Positions 1 through 11,600 of a stretch of 55,008 bases of DNA are shown piece after piece. The notes beneath the pieces were generated by a model. It saw nothing but the letters and a program-made list of their open reading frames with translations. It was not told the DNA's origin and made no database searches. The DNA lies in contig CAYWCK010000002.1 in assembly GCA_964456685.1 (NCBI GenBank), positions 1-55,008 of the forward strand. The letters are read 5' to 3'. This DNA comes from an uncultured Bifidobacteriaceae bacterium (lineage in GTDB: Bacteria > Verrucomicrobiota > Verrucomicrobiia > Limisphaerales > JADLHS01). The stretch's first letter is position 1. The number at the start of each line of letters is the position of its first letter. The position numbers and the translations under genes are program-made.

Positions 1-3000
1 ACGCTGCAGATCGAGATCAACGGCGTGCTGGGCACGGATTTTATCGAGAAGGAGCCGACGATTCCTGATTGGGGCAAGTTGGGCATTCAAGTGCACGGGG
101 GTGGGCAGGCGTTGGTTCAGGTGAAGGATCTTTCGATTGAGGAACTGCCGGTTACGCCAGCGCGGGAGTTGTTCGTCGGCGCACCGGAACCGGCGGCGTT
201 GTCGGACAACACCGGGCAGGATCGCGCAGCGGCGCAAACTGGCAGCACCAGCAAACCGGCGACTGGCGCGGAGGAACAGAAAAGGTTCACCGTCGCACCG
301 GGGTTTGAAATGGAACTGGTCGCGCAGGAATCAGAAGGCATCGGCAAGTTCGTAGCCGTGGACTGGGACTTGCACGGCAATCTCTGGACGATGACCGCTC
401 TGGAGTATCCGGTGGATGCGAATGAAAACGCTGCTTATGCCCGGGAACTTTATGCGAGCAAGGCCAAGGACAAGGTGGTGGTCTTCGATCGCGATGAGAA
501 ATCGCCCACCGGCTACAGCTCAAAGCCACGTGTGTTTGCGGACGGCTTGGCGATCCCGCTTGGCATCCTGCCCTTCAAGAATGGAGTTTATGTCCAACAT
601 GGACCCGAGATCGTTTTCCTGAGTGACACAGACGCGGATGGGCGCGCCGACAAACGGGAGGTGATTCTTAGCGGATTTGGGGTGCAGGATTCGCATTTGT
701 TTCCGCATCAATTCACCCGTGCGCCCGGCAATTGGATCTGGATGGCGCAGGGCGCTTTCAATTACGGCAAGGTCAAAACCAGCACCGGCAAGGAGCAGCA
801 ATTCGATCAAACCCGCATGGCGAAGTTTCGTTATGACGGCTCGGATTTTGACATTACCTCGCAGGGGCCGTGCAACATTTGGGGGCTGGTGCTCGACGGC
901 AACGGGCAGGCCTGGATTCAGGAAGCCAACGATTATGGCTATCCCATGATGCCGTTTCATGAGTATGCAAATTATCCCGGCTGTTCCGATGCCCAATTCA
1001 AAAGCTACGCTCCCGAATTTCCTGGCACGGCGCCGGATTTCAGAATGGGCGGCACGGGTTTGAGTGGTCTTGCTTTCACAGATCAAACTGCATATCCCGC
1101 GCCCTACGCGAACATCTTCTATCTCGCCAACCCGATCACGCGGAAGATCCAAGCCATTCGCGTGACGCCCGATGGCGTCCGTTTTCGCTACGAAAAGCTG
1201 CCTGATTTCGTGCAATCGAGCGATGAGTGGTTTCGGCCAGTGGCGCTCCGGCTTGGTCCTGACGGTTGCCTCTACCTCGTGGACTGGTACAACAAAATCA
1301 TTTCACACAACGAAGTGCCTCGAAACCACCCCGAGCGCGACAAGACGCGCGGCCGCATCTGGCGGATAAAACACAAAGGCACCCAGCCGCCCGCCGTTCC
1401 GGATTTCCTCAAACTCACCGGCGACCAATTGCTGGCGAAACTCGGAGGACCTTCGCTCTCGCAAAGTCACATGGCCTGGCAGGCGATCACGGACCGGCAG
1501 TTGAAGGAGCTTGTGCCCGCGCTGCAAAAAATCATCGCTGCCAAGAAACAGCCGGTCGCCAGGCGCATCGCCTCGCTGTGGGCGCTGGAAGGCTTGCACG
1601 CCGTCGAGGTGGCCACCCTAAAGCCCTTGCTTGCGGACGCGAGCCGCGATCTGCGTCGCGAAGTCGTGCGCGCGCACCGGGACGCCGGGTTGCCGTTCGC
1701 CGACTCTTTGGCCTCGGTCGGCGCCCTCGTGGACGACGGCGATCCTGAGGTTCGCGCGGAGATTATCCGCACCGTGGGCACGATGTTGAACCAGGAAATC
1801 GCCGGCGGAAAAACCGCCGCGGATTCGCCGTTGGCCATGCGCGCGGTGGAAGTGCTGCTGAAGTTGGCGCGGGCGCCGCTCGCCGAGCCGACCATGAAAA
1901 GCACGCAAAACGGCAAAAGCATCAAAACCGGCGCCGCCTACGAGCGGGAGTTTGAGCGTTACCTGGCTCGGCTGGAAATGGAGAAACAGCCCGCCGCCGT
2001 TGCAAAATTTCTGGAAAGCCAGGCAGCGAAAACACAGCCGGTGGAAAATTTGCTCGTGGCAACCCTCGCGCTGGAACCGAAAGCCAGCGCCAGCCAGGTG
2101 GCGCAGTTGATTTCCCGTGCAGACCGGGCGCCGGGACGCGAGGAGTTGTTGCGATTGGCGCAGTTTCCCGAGGAGCCCGGCGTGAGCGCTGCCTTGACCG
2201 CAGCCTTGGAAAATCCCGCCACGCAAAAGGCGGCGTTCGCCAGTCTGCTGGAGGTTCGCCCCCGTATCGACGCCGCCAAACTTGTTCCGGTGCTCAAACC
2301 CGCAGTCCGGCGATTGCTGGCCGGCGACGCCGCGGCCGCCGCGGTGGGCATTCCCGTTGTGAGCGCCTTTCAAATCAGTGAACTCGAAGCTGAGCTCAGG
2401 GGATTTTTCGAGCGCGGATGGAAACAGGCCGTCGAGAAGGCGCGCCTCGGCGATGGGAAAATTGTCCTGTCAACGCAGCTCGAAGCCGCCTTACGTGCGC
2501 TGCGTGAACTGCGCGCGCACGGAGCGGAATTGTTCGCCACGGTTGCCCGCTCCCCGGTGAATGAGTCCGCCCGCAATGAGGCGCTCAACGCGCTCGCTGT
2601 TTCCCGCGACGAAAACGGCGCGGTTTTGCTGCTGGGCCTCTGGCCGGATTTGACTTCCAGCCAACGCCGGACCGCATTGGATCGCCTGACGACCACCAAA
2701 CCCGGCGCCCAATCCGTGGTGGACGCGATCAAGTCTGGAGTCATCGACAAGATGGACGTGCACGGTCCCGCATTCGACAAAATGCAAACCGTCCTGGGGG
2801 AGGCCGCGGGATTGCAGGAGTTGTTCGGCGACATGGCCGCTTTGTATCGCCCCTGCCTGCGGCTCAACGGTGCCGACAATGCCTGGGCGGAAACAGACCT
2901 CACCTTGGAGGGCGCCTTTACTGTCGAGACTTGGGTGAAACTGGACGGGGGCATTGACAACCAGGATGGCATTCTTGGAGCGGCTGGAGTTTTGGATATG

Positions 3001-3891
3001 AATTTTGCCGGGGGCCTCTTGCGGGTTTATGCCGGCGCTGAATTGGGCGACGTCATCATCGCAAAGAAGCAGATGAATGCTGACGTCTGGACACATTTTG
3101 CGGTCACGCGCGACAGCCAGGGACAATTCAAGATCTACCGCAATGGGGAATTGGAAAACAACGAGTCCAAGCCGGTGTCGGCGCGCTTTGAGCATTGCCA
3201 GATTGCCTGGACCACCCCCAATGGCGGCACTGCGGGCTGGCTTGCCGAGTATCGGATTTGGAATCGGGAACGCACGGCCGACGAGATTCGCGCCGACTTC
3301 GATCGCAGTTATGAAAGCGAACAAGCGCCTGGGTTGGTCGCTTACTTCTCGGGATCGCACTGGGGCAAATTGCGCAATGGAGCACGAGTGGAGAAGAGCC
3401 AGGATTTTCCACCGTTGATGACGGCCGCGCAGGCGCAGGAATTGGCGTTGAAGTTCTCCAAGTATCGGACTCTGGCCGGGCAGCCGGGTGATGCGGCGAA
3501 AGGGAAGGCCCTGTTACAGACAGTTTGCCAGGTGTGCCACACCGTCGGGGCGCAGGGCGGCCAAATCGGGCCGGTGCTCACGGGTGCCGGCGCGATGGGC
3601 GTGGAGTCATTGTTGCGAAACATCCTCACGCCGAACGCGCAGATGGAGCCGGGCTACCGCTTGTTTCGGATCGCCCTGAAAGACGGGGAAGTGCTCGACG
3701 GGCGCTTGATGGCGGAGGACGCAAACTCCTTTGTGCTGCGCCGGCAGAACACGGCGGATTTGCGTGTGGAAAAAGCATCGGTGCGGCGAGCCTGGTTCAC
3801 CAAGACGAGCCTGATGCCCGAAGGCTTGCTGGACGGGATGAAGCCAGAAGAAGTGAGCGACCTGTTCGCTTACCTGAAAACGCTGAAGTAA
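1..3891 (+). CDS. Pirellula/Verrucomicrobium-type membrane-bound dehydrogenase-domain / HEAT-repeat / LamG-like / c-type cytochrome (CxxCH) protein, 5'-partial
   Basis: The frame is open from base 1 with no stop before the listed GTG at 25, so the N-terminus lies outside the window. The first residues (..GKLGIQVHGGGQALVQVKDLSIEEL) look like the end of a DUF1080-type domain. FTVAPGFEMELVA..WDLHGNLW resembles the PVC 'membrane-bound dehydrogenase' domain. A long HEAT-like helical region and a LamG-like segment (LRLNGADNAW..FTVETWVKLDG) follow. The C-terminus carries the heme motif CQVCH and ends ..LFAYLKTLK. Confidence 0.8.
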   Translation, partial: TLQIEINGVLGTDFIEKEPTIPDWGKLGIQVHGGGQALVQVKDLSIEELPVTPARELFVGAPEPAALSDNTGQDRAAAQTGSTSKPATGAEEQKRFTVAPGFEMELVAQESEGIGKFVAVDWDLHGNLWTMTALEYPVDANENAAYARELYASKAKDKVVVFDRDEKSPTGYSSKPRVFADGLAIPLGILPFKNGVYVQHGPEIVFLSDTDADGRADKREVILSGFGVQDSHLFPHQFTRAPGNWIWMAQGAFNYGKVKTSTGKEQQFDQTRMAKFRYDGSDFDITSQGPCNIWGLVLDGNGQAWIQEANDYGYPMMPFHEYANYPGCSDAQFKSYAPEFPGTAPDFRMGGTGLSGLAFTDQTAYPAPYANIFYLANPITRKIQAIRVTPDGVRFRYEKLPDFVQSSDEWFRPVALRLGPDGCLYLVDWYNKIISHNEVPRNHPERDKTRGRIWRIKHKGTQPPAVPDFLKLTGDQLLAKLGGPSLSQSHMAWQAITDRQLKELVPALQKIIAAKKQPVARRIASLWALEGLHAVEVATLKPLLADASRDLRREVVRAHRDAGLPFADSLASVGALVDDGDPEVRAEIIRTVGTMLNQEIAGGKTAADSPLAMRAVEVLLKLARAPLAEPTMKSTQNGKSIKTGAAYEREFERYLARLEMEKQPAAVAKFLESQAAKTQPVENLLVATLALEPKASASQVAQLISRADRAPGREELLRLAQFPEEPGVSAALTAALENPATQKAAFASLLEVRPRIDAAKLVPVLKPAVRRLLAGDAAAAAVGIPVVSAFQISELEAELRGFFERGWKQAVEKARLGDGKIVLSTQLEAALRALRELRAHGAELFATVARSPVNESARNEALNALAVSRDENGAVLLLGLWPDLTSSQRRTALDRLTTTKPGAQSVVDAIKSGVIDKMDVHGPAFDKMQTVLGEAAGLQELFGDMAALYRPCLRLNGADNAWAETDLTLEGAFTVETWVKLDGGIDNQDGILGAAGVLDMNFAGGLLRVYAGAELGDVIIAKKQMNADVWTHFAVTRDSQGQFKIYRNGELENNESKPVSARFEHCQIAWTTPNGGTAGWLAEYRIWNRERTADEIRADFDRSYESEQAPGLVAYFSGSHWGKLRNGARVEKSQDFPPLMTAAQAQELALKFSKYRTLAGQPGDAAKGKALLQTVCQVCHTVGAQGGQIGPVLTGAGAMGVESLLRNILTPNAQMEPGYRLFRIALKDGEVLDGRLMAEDANSFVLRRQNTADLRVEKASVRRAWFTKTSLMPEGLLDGMKPEEVSDLFAYLKTLK

Positions 3892-4249
3892 GGCAGCGAT
3901 CAACACCGTTGCCGCACTGGGTTCTGCGCGACTACGGATCGCCTGCCAATTCATTCAAATCGGCAACAAGCGATGCGGCGTCATGTAACAGCCAAGTCGG
4001 AGTCCGCCTTTGAAAGTGGGCTGAGGAGAAATGGAGACCATGATCGGGATGGTTCAGAAGTCACACCCGCCATCGCTTTTCGCCTTGATAATAAAGGGTC
4101 TTTTCGCGCTCGCAATAAATCTCGTCACGCCTCGTTGAACCCACAACCACAGCCCTCCCTCTCACTCTTGCTGACAGTTGCGGTGTCAGCAGAAATGGTC
4201 GTAAATCAACCATTGACTCCAATACCGAAGCGGGCGGAAGCGCGAATCG

Positions 4250-4279
4250 GTCAAGTGTAAGTCAAGTTATTGGTCAAGT
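4250..4279. promoter_or_regulatory. three direct repeats GTCAAGT at 11-12 bp spacing (candidate transcription-factor site)
   Basis: GTCAAGT occurs at 4250-4256, 4261-4267 and 4273-4279, inside the roughly 680-bp non-coding stretch upstream of the ECF sigma gene. No binding protein is known. Confidence 0.3.
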
Positions 4280-4569
4280 TGCGCACGCCAGAAATCCAAG
4301 GGCTCGCGACAAGGGAGGCGGCGGCGCTACGGGTTGCGGCGCCGGTGTCCAACGGCATGCTCAAAGGCGATCCCGGAGCGGTCGCGCGATGTTTGACCAA
4401 TGGTCCTGGAACTCAGCGGGTGGGTTGCCGAGATCCGCAGCCTTCCCGCATCGGAAGTCTGCAAAATTCACCAGGGTTAAAAATGCATGCGAGCGAGTGG
4501 CGATATGCGCCGTCTGCCGAGGCTTGCTTATATCCATGCTTTTTGTATAAAACACTGCAAACTCCTCAG

Positions 4570-5307
4570 ATGTCCGACCTATTCTGTGATCCCGTGCAAT
4601 CGCCTCGTTTTGAAACCACGCACTGGAGCGTGGTGTTGCAGGCGGGTGGAGGGATATCGCCAGAATCACAGGCGGCGTTGGAAAAGCTTTGCGGCGCCTA
4701 TTGGTATCCGCTTTACGTTCACGTTCGGCGGTTGGGCTGGCTCGAAGAGGATGCCAAAGATTTGACCCAGCAGTTTTTCGCGCGCTTTCTCGAACGCAAA
4801 TACCTCCAACTGGCTGATCCCGATCGAGGACGCTTCCGGTCTTTTCTGCTGACGGCTCTGAAAAACTTTCTGGCCAATGAATGGGAGAAAATCCGGACAC
4901 AGAAGCGCGGCGGCCAGCAGATCATCAGTTGGGATGGCATTGACCCCGAATCGCGGTATCGGCTTGAACCCACGGATTCGCTTTCGCCTGACTTGCTTTA
5001 TGAAAAGCGCTGGGCGGCGGTCTTGTTGGATCAAGTGTTGGCCCTGATCCGAGAGGAATACGTTCAGGCCGGGCGTGAAAAGGAATTCGACAAACTGAAA
5101 GGTCATGTCTGGGGGACAGCGGGGACAGCAGACTACGCGACGATTGCAGCCGAACTTGGCGTTGAGCAGGGATCGGTCGCAGTGGCCATCCACAGACTGC
5201 GCAAACGATTCCGCGAATGTTTGCGGCATTCAGTCGCGCGGACAGTGGCATCACCTGACGAGGTGGAAGTGGAGTTGCGGCATCTGCTGACGGTTCTGAG
5301 CCGGTGA
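4570..5307 (+). CDS. ECF-family RNA polymerase sigma factor (Ser/Thr-kinase-associated type)
   Basis: The sigma-2-like region reads THWSVVLQAG..YWYPLYVHVRRLG..EDAKDLTQQFFARFLE. The sigma-4 HTH reads YATIAAELGVEQGSVAVAIHRLRKRFRE. I chose the ATG at 4570 because the 100 codons upstream of it in ORF 4270 look non-coding. A kinase gene follows immediately, and there is no anti-sigma ORF. Confidence 0.85.
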   Translation: MSDLFCDPVQSPRFETTHWSVVLQAGGGISPESQAALEKLCGAYWYPLYVHVRRLGWLEEDAKDLTQQFFARFLERKYLQLADPDRGRFRSFLLTALKNFLANEWEKIRTQKRGGQQIISWDGIDPESRYRLEPTDSLSPDLLYEKRWAAVLLDQVLALIREEYVQAGREKEFDKLKGHVWGTAGTADYATIAAELGVEQGSVAVAIHRLRKRFRECLRHSVARTVASPDEVEVELRHLLTVLSR

Positions 5308-5363
5308 GTTTGTTTTCAACGGCCAGCGGAAATAGTTCGGTCGTTTTCCGGTAGAAGATTTTG

Positions 5364-8300
5364 ATGAGCGAACGCACGACAACGTCAACGGTTGCAAGTC
5401 CGGCCAACCGCATTTGTCCGCGATGCGGTGTGGTGGTGGGAGGATTTGGCCCGGAGGGGTTGTGCCCGGCCTGCCTGATCCGCGAAGGATTGGAGGAATT
5501 GACCGCTGTCATCCAGCCGGCGGCAAGTCCGGCGGGTTTGTCCCGACAGTTTGGCGACTACGAATTGCAGGAGGAAATCGCCCGGGGCGGCATGGGCGTC
5601 ATCTATCGTGCGCAACAAGTAAAACTCAATCGCACGTTAGCGGTGAAGATGATCCTGGCCGGGCAACACGCCGGGGTTTCTGAACTGGCTCGTTTCCGGG
5701 CCGAGGCACAAACCGCCGCGCAACTTCAGCATCCGAACATTGTCGCCATCCACGAAGTCGGGGAGTGCGACGGGCTGCCTTTCTTCTCGATGGATTATGT
5801 TGCCGGGCAAAACCTGGCACAACTTGTCGGCAATACGCCGCTGCCAGCCAAACGCGCGGCGGCCTACCTTCAGAAGATTGCGGCGGCTGTTCAATATGCC
5901 CACCAACGAGGCGTGCTGCATCGCGATCTCAAGCCATCCAATGTGCTGATTGATTCGGCCACGGACGAGCCGCGAGTGACGGACTTTGGCCTGGCGAAGC
6001 GGATGGAAGGCGACGCAAGCCTGACGATGACCGGTCAGGTGCTCGGCTCGCCGGGTTTCATGCCGCCGGAGCAGGCCACGGGCAAGCAAGGCGAGATTGG
6101 GCCGGCGAGCGACGTGTACTCGCTGGGGGCGATCTTGTATCACCTGTTGACGGCGCGCCCACCGTTTGTGGCTGAAACAGTACCGGCAATATTGCGAATG
6201 GTCGCGGAGACTGAACCAATTTCTCCGCGCCTGTTGAACGCGAGTATGCCGCGTGATCTGGAAACGGTTTGCCTCAAATGTCTGCACAAAGAACCAACGC
6301 GCCGTTACGCGACTGCGCAGGAGTTGGCCGAAGAACTCAGCCGGTTCTTACGGGACGAACCAATCCATGCGCGTCCCGCAGGGACAGTGGAAAAAGCATG
6401 GCGCTGGTGTCAACGCAATCGGGCGTTGGCTGTTGCGGGTGCGGCAGTAGTGTTGTTGTTGCTGACTGTGGCGATTGGCTCTTTGGTGGCTGCCATGAGG
6501 ATTGACCGGGAGCGCCAGCGAGCGGAGGAGAATGCCCGCGCGGAACAACAGGAGCGTCAGCGGGCCGAACGACTTGCGGAGGCAAATCGGGTGAATCTTT
6601 ATGCCGCGCGGATCAAGGTCGCGGAACAAACTTTCAGAGAGGGAGACATCATTCACACACTCGAAACATTGGAATCGCTCCGTCCGCAGCCCGGTCAGAA
6701 GGATTTGCGCAGTTTCGACTGGCATTATCTGATGCAGCTTTGCCGGAGCGAACGCCTGACCTTGAAGCACGACAAGCGCGTCAACACGGTTGCCTATTCG
6801 TCGGATGGCAAGATTTTGGCCACAGCCGGCGAGGACTCAATTGTGCGGATATGGAACTCGACCAACGGAATTGAGATCGCTCGCTTGACCGGACACACCG
6901 GCGTTATCGGGTCGGTGGTGTTTGCTCCGGATGGCAACACCATGGTCAGTGCCGGTGCGGATGCCACCGTGCGCATATGGGATTTGAACGGGGCGCGGTT
7001 GGTGAAGGAGTTGCAGGCCGATACGAACTCACTGACGAGTCTGGCTTTTTCGCCGGACGGCAGCTTGCTTGCCGCAGGTGAAGGCGTGGTGGCAAACAAT
7101 TCCGGCAATCCGGTAACCCGATATGTACCGCAGGGAACACCCGGCCGAATTTTCTTATGGGAAACAAAAGCGTTTGCCTTAATGCGAACTGTCCCTGGCC
7201 ATACGGGGGGTGTAAAGTCGCTCGCCTTTGCTCCGACCGGCACGTCATTGGCATCGGGTGGAGTTGACCGGCGGGTGCAACTGATCAATGTGGCTGACGG
7301 CAGCATTCTGGCGAGTCAGACAAATTTTTCCGGACCAGTTTTTGGCGTGACCTACTTGGCACGTGGTGATGCGTTGGTGGCGACCGGCTGGTTTCCGTAT
7401 CACGAATCTGGGGAAATCAAGGTGCTGGACGCGCACAGTTTGGAGGAGAAGCTGATGCTCCCGACCAATGCCGGCCGAGTCGCTTGTCTGGCGGCGTCGC
7501 CGAATGGAAAATGGATTGCGACGGCCGGGGTGGATAATACCGCGCGGCTTTGGGATATCGCCACCGGGGAGGAATTGATGACGTTCCATGGTCACACGGC
7601 GGGGATCTTCGGTCTGGCCTTTGACCCGAATGGTGAGTCCCTCGTCACGGCAGGATGGGACGCAACTGTGAAATTGTGGGGCTTGCGCAGCACTTCGGTG
7701 CGCCAACGCATTCCGACACCTAACTCCTATTCAGTCGCGTTTTCTCCCGATGGCAGCCTGCTGGCTTGCGCAGGAACGGAGGTGGAACTGCGCGAAGCCA
7801 GTTCTGGAAGGCTGCTGGTGAGTTGGCCGGAATTTAAGTCGTCTGACCTCATGCTGGCCTTCACGGCGGATGGTCGCACTTTGGTGGCTGCTGGGAACGA
7901 CGGCATAGCCGCTGTCTTCGATGTGCCAACTCGGACATTTCGCCGCACATTCCAGATTCATCAGAGCCGGGTTTGGGGTCTGACACTTTCGCCCGACGGA
8001 AAGACCTTTGCCAGTGCCAGCGGGATGGGCGATCCGACCGTGAAGCTGTGGGATGCGGATTCCGTTCCCCCTTTGAGAACATTCAGCGGACACAGTAACT
8101 CAGTGCAAGGAGCGGTCTTCGCCATGGATGGCCACACCTTGGTTTCCGGTAACTGGACTGAAATTAGATTTTGGGATCTGGCCTCCGGAAGGAATGTGAA
8201 GACATTACCAGGAGCTGCGATACGACTCGCAATCTCGCCCGATGGAAAAAATCTAGCATCTGGTTCGTCCAATCGCCGCATCCGGCTACAGGACGTTGTA

Positions 8301-8597
8301 ACAATGAAAGAACTAGCTTTGCTCACCGGACACAAAGACGAGGTATACGATTTGGCCTTTTCGCAAGACAACCTCCTGCTCGCGTCGGCTAGCTGGGACG
8401 GCTCGGTAAAGCTCTGGCAGGTGGCCAGCGGTCAGGAACTGCTGACCATTCCATCAAAGTCCGGCGTAGTGTGGTGCGTAGCGTTTTCGCCTGATGACCG
8501 TGTGCTGGCCTTCGGCTCCGGCTCGAACATTAAAGGCAGCGGTGAAGTGACCATCCTCCGCACCGGGCAAGACTCGACCAAACCAATTGCCCGATAG
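5364..8597 (+). CDS. Ser/Thr protein kinase with N-terminal Cys4 motif, one transmembrane helix, coiled coil and C-terminal WD40 repeats
   Basis: Hanks kinase motifs are present: GRGGMGVIY..AVK, HRDLKPSNVL, DFGLA, SPGFMPPE. The predicted TM helix is ALAVAGAAVVLLLLTVAIGSLVAAM. A charged ERQRAEENARAEQQERQRAE segment follows. There are many WD40 units (e.g. GHTGVIGSVVFAPDG..SAGADATVRIWD). Confidence 0.9.
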   Translation: MSERTTTSTVASPANRICPRCGVVVGGFGPEGLCPACLIREGLEELTAVIQPAASPAGLSRQFGDYELQEEIARGGMGVIYRAQQVKLNRTLAVKMILAGQHAGVSELARFRAEAQTAAQLQHPNIVAIHEVGECDGLPFFSMDYVAGQNLAQLVGNTPLPAKRAAAYLQKIAAAVQYAHQRGVLHRDLKPSNVLIDSATDEPRVTDFGLAKRMEGDASLTMTGQVLGSPGFMPPEQATGKQGEIGPASDVYSLGAILYHLLTARPPFVAETVPAILRMVAETEPISPRLLNASMPRDLETVCLKCLHKEPTRRYATAQELAEELSRFLRDEPIHARPAGTVEKAWRWCQRNRALAVAGAAVVLLLLTVAIGSLVAAMRIDRERQRAEENARAEQQERQRAERLAEANRVNLYAARIKVAEQTFREGDIIHTLETLESLRPQPGQKDLRSFDWHYLMQLCRSERLTLKHDKRVNTVAYSSDGKILATAGEDSIVRIWNSTNGIEIARLTGHTGVIGSVVFAPDGNTMVSAGADATVRIWDLNGARLVKELQADTNSLTSLAFSPDGSLLAAGEGVVANNSGNPVTRYVPQGTPGRIFLWETKAFALMRTVPGHTGGVKSLAFAPTGTSLASGGVDRRVQLINVADGSILASQTNFSGPVFGVTYLARGDALVATGWFPYHESGEIKVLDAHSLEEKLMLPTNAGRVACLAASPNGKWIATAGVDNTARLWDIATGEELMTFHGHTAGIFGLAFDPNGESLVTAGWDATVKLWGLRSTSVRQRIPTPNSYSVAFSPDGSLLACAGTEVELREASSGRLLVSWPEFKSSDLMLAFTADGRTLVAAGNDGIAAVFDVPTRTFRRTFQIHQSRVWGLTLSPDGKTFASASGMGDPTVKLWDADSVPPLRTFSGHSNSVQGAVFAMDGHTLVSGNWTEIRFWDLASGRNVKTLPGAAIRLAISPDGKNLASGSSNRRIRLQDVVTMKELALLTGHKDEVYDLAFSQDNLLLASASWDGSVKLWQVASGQELLTIPSKSGVVWCVAFSPDDRVLAFGSGSNIKGSGEVTILRTGQDSTKPIAR

Positions 8598-8689
8598 GCT
8601 CGGTCCGAAAGTCGCAGTCGCCGGGCAAATTCTTTGATTCATTTCCTGTAATCTTCCATCCCCATTCCGGTAGCAAGCGGTGTAATCCT

Positions 8690-11600
8690 ATGCTGCGTCC
8701 AATCTATAACTATCGAAGTCAACTGGCCTATGGTGTCTCAAGCCCGGTCAAACACAGGACCGGAAGGCATCGGTCGCGTGTCTGGACCTTTGGCCTTGTC
8801 GCTGTCTTGGGGCTCTTCGGAGTGACACCGAATCGACTATTCGGCCAAATCCTTTTCTTCGAAGACTTCGACGCCGATCACACGGCGAACTGGGCGGTGA
8901 ACGCCTCGCCTGGCACGCATCCGGTCAACGTCTTTTTTGATTACAGCAGCGTCGGCATTCCGTCGGCCCCGAACTCCGGAGGCACGACGCGCGGGCTGAA
9001 ACTCCAGGCCAACACGGCGGGTAATGTGCTCGGGGGTGTCAGCGTATCACCGCTGGGCCAAAACTTCACCGGCAACTATCGCCTGCATTTCGATCTCTGG
9101 ATGAATTTCAATGGACCGCTCAACGGCGGGGGCAACGGCACGACGCAATTCGGTGGCGCGGGCGTGGGTGTCACCGGTGCGACGCCGCAATGGTCCGGTT
9201 CGAGTGGTTTGGAGGGGGTTTGGTTTGCCTGGACTGGTGAGGGCGGCACTACGGCGGATTATCGGGCCTACTCAGCCAACTCGAACAACTACGTTCCAGC
9301 CAGCAGCGTATATTTCGCCGGGACATCCACCTCACCCGACGCGCGCAACGGATCGCACCCTTACTACTCTGGATTCGGCAGCAAAACCGCTCCTGCGGCG
9401 CAACTCTCTGCCTACGCTCAGCAAACCGGCAGCACGCCCGTTGGCACTCTTGGATTCACGTGGCTGGACGTCACGGTCACCAAGTCGGGCAACCAGATTA
9501 CCTGGGCCATCAACGGTCTGCCGTTTGCCAAAGTGGACGCCAGTTCGTTCGCACTCTCGACGAATATTTTGTTCAACTATTTTGATCTCAATTCGACCAC
9601 ATCAACTGATCCCAACGCTCCGGCCCTCTTGTTTGCACTCATTGACAACGTCCGGGTCGAGGTCGTGCCAGCGCTCTTCACCGTCACGGGCGGTGGCGCG
9701 GATTGCGCTGGCGTGCCCGTAGGGTTGAGCGGATCGGAAACGGCCGTGGAGTATCGCCTCAGCCGGGGCGGATTGTTTACAGGCCAGATCGTCACCGGCA
9801 CAGGCGGGGCTCTGAGTTTCGGCAATCAAACCAGTTCCGGAGTTTACACGGTGATCGCCAGCAACGTGATTTCGGCGGCAACTATCACAATGAGCGGTTC
9901 CGCCAGCGTGACGATCAATCAATCGCCCGCGATCACTTCTGGGCCGACTCCAGCGAGCACGGTGAAATCCGCCGGTGAATCAGTTGCTTTTACCATTACC
10001 GCTTCCGGCGCCGGGCTGAGTTACCAATGGCAACGTGACGGCACGAACTTGCCCAATGGAGGCAGTATTTCTGGCGCCACTAGCTCCACTTTGACCATCA
10101 ATCCGGTGCAACCCACCGACGCCACCGACGCCGGGCATGGCTACACTTGTGTGGTGAACGGAACCTGCGCTCCCGCGGCGGTTTCGTCCGAGGCGTTGCT
10201 CAGCGTCCTTCCCTTAAACCGATGGCGAGGTGACGGCGCAGCCAATCAATGGAACTTCAGCGACGCAAATTGGTTCTACGGCCCCTACGCAGATGGCGTC
10301 ACGACGATTTTCGACGACGCAGGATCGAACAACGTTCCGGTCAATATCACCACAGCCGTCGCACCCGGTTTGATGCTGGTCGCATCCACGGGCAGTTACA
10401 CGTTCAGCGGCAGCGGCTCGATTAGTGGTTCGGCCTCGTTGACCAAAACCAACATCGGCGTGCTGCGCCTCGCCACGAGCAATTCCTTCACGGGCAACGC
10501 GTTCGTGCTCGATGGCGTCCTCGCAGTCCAGCACAACCAAGCTTTGGGCTCCACCGCTGGGGTTACCACGGTTTCCAATCGAGGCTCAGTGCGAATTGAA
10601 GGAAACGGTTTACTTATCGCCGAGCCGCTGACCTGCCTCGAACCGCTTTATACGGACCTGACAGGTTTTCCCACCAACAGCTTGCTCGACAATCTTGCCA
10701 ACACCAATACCTGGTCAGGCGCCATAACCATGGGACTCACGGGAGAGAACGCGCCCATCAAATCTTCCAGCGGTCAGTTGGTTTTGGATTCACCAACGCC
10801 GATTGCCGGCCCCGGAACATTGATGCTGACCGGCGATGGCACAACGCTCGTACGCAGCAGCGTCGCTTCGTCCGTGCCTTTCATCGAAGCTTACCCGGGA
10901 GGCGAACGATATTTGTACGGCGATACTTATTCCACCGCGTCACTTCTGATTTTGGGTTCTTCAACCGTGGTGGTCACGAACGGTCAGATTTTCAATGGAA
11001 GCGCGTTTGGGATTTTTTGCTCCAGCGGACGATTTGAGACCCGCGGCAGCACCAGCCTGACGGCACCGTTGACACTGCGGGCCGGCAGTCTGCGCGCCAA
11101 TGGCGGCACGCTCACCTACTCGCGCACCGGAAATCCCAAGTTCAGCAGCGACTACAATTGTTCGCTCGAAACGGCAGGGCCTTCTGACCAAATCGTTTTC
11201 AACACTGCCGTGCAGGATGATTTCGGACACGCCTTCGGGGCTACGCTGATCAACGGTCCCGGAACCGTCGTGCTGAATGCGGGTGACACCGGCCCGAATC
11301 GATACCTGGGATCCTGGCTGCTGCTGGATGGAACGCTGAAACTGAACCATCCCTCCGCACTCGGCGGGAATTGGATCCGCTTGTCCGCGGGAACGGTGAT
11401 GACGGGGGTGGATGGCGGCGGAGCATTTGCGAGCTCTTGTCTAGTGGATGGCAATGCCACGATTGTAATCGGTCGCCAGACACCTGGTAGCACGGTCAGC
11501 AATTATTTCGGCACGCTCCTCGTCGGCACACTCGGAGTCCCCTCGACCTTGACTGCCCGCCCGGGCGCAGGAGTTTCTCCCGGCGGAATCGCCCAACTGA

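Noticed and set aside
4270-4569. 100-codon N-terminal extension of the ECF sigma ORF
   Set aside because: The extension has no sigma-factor similarity and lies in an A/T-richer region. The internal ATG at 4570 gives a normal-length ECF protein.
7340-7360. Sigma-54-like TGGCAC motifs (for example TGGCACGTGGTGATGC at about 7349, and TGGCACAACTTGTCGG at about 5813)
   Set aside because: Both lie inside the kinase coding sequence and lack the TTGC -12 element at the correct spacing.
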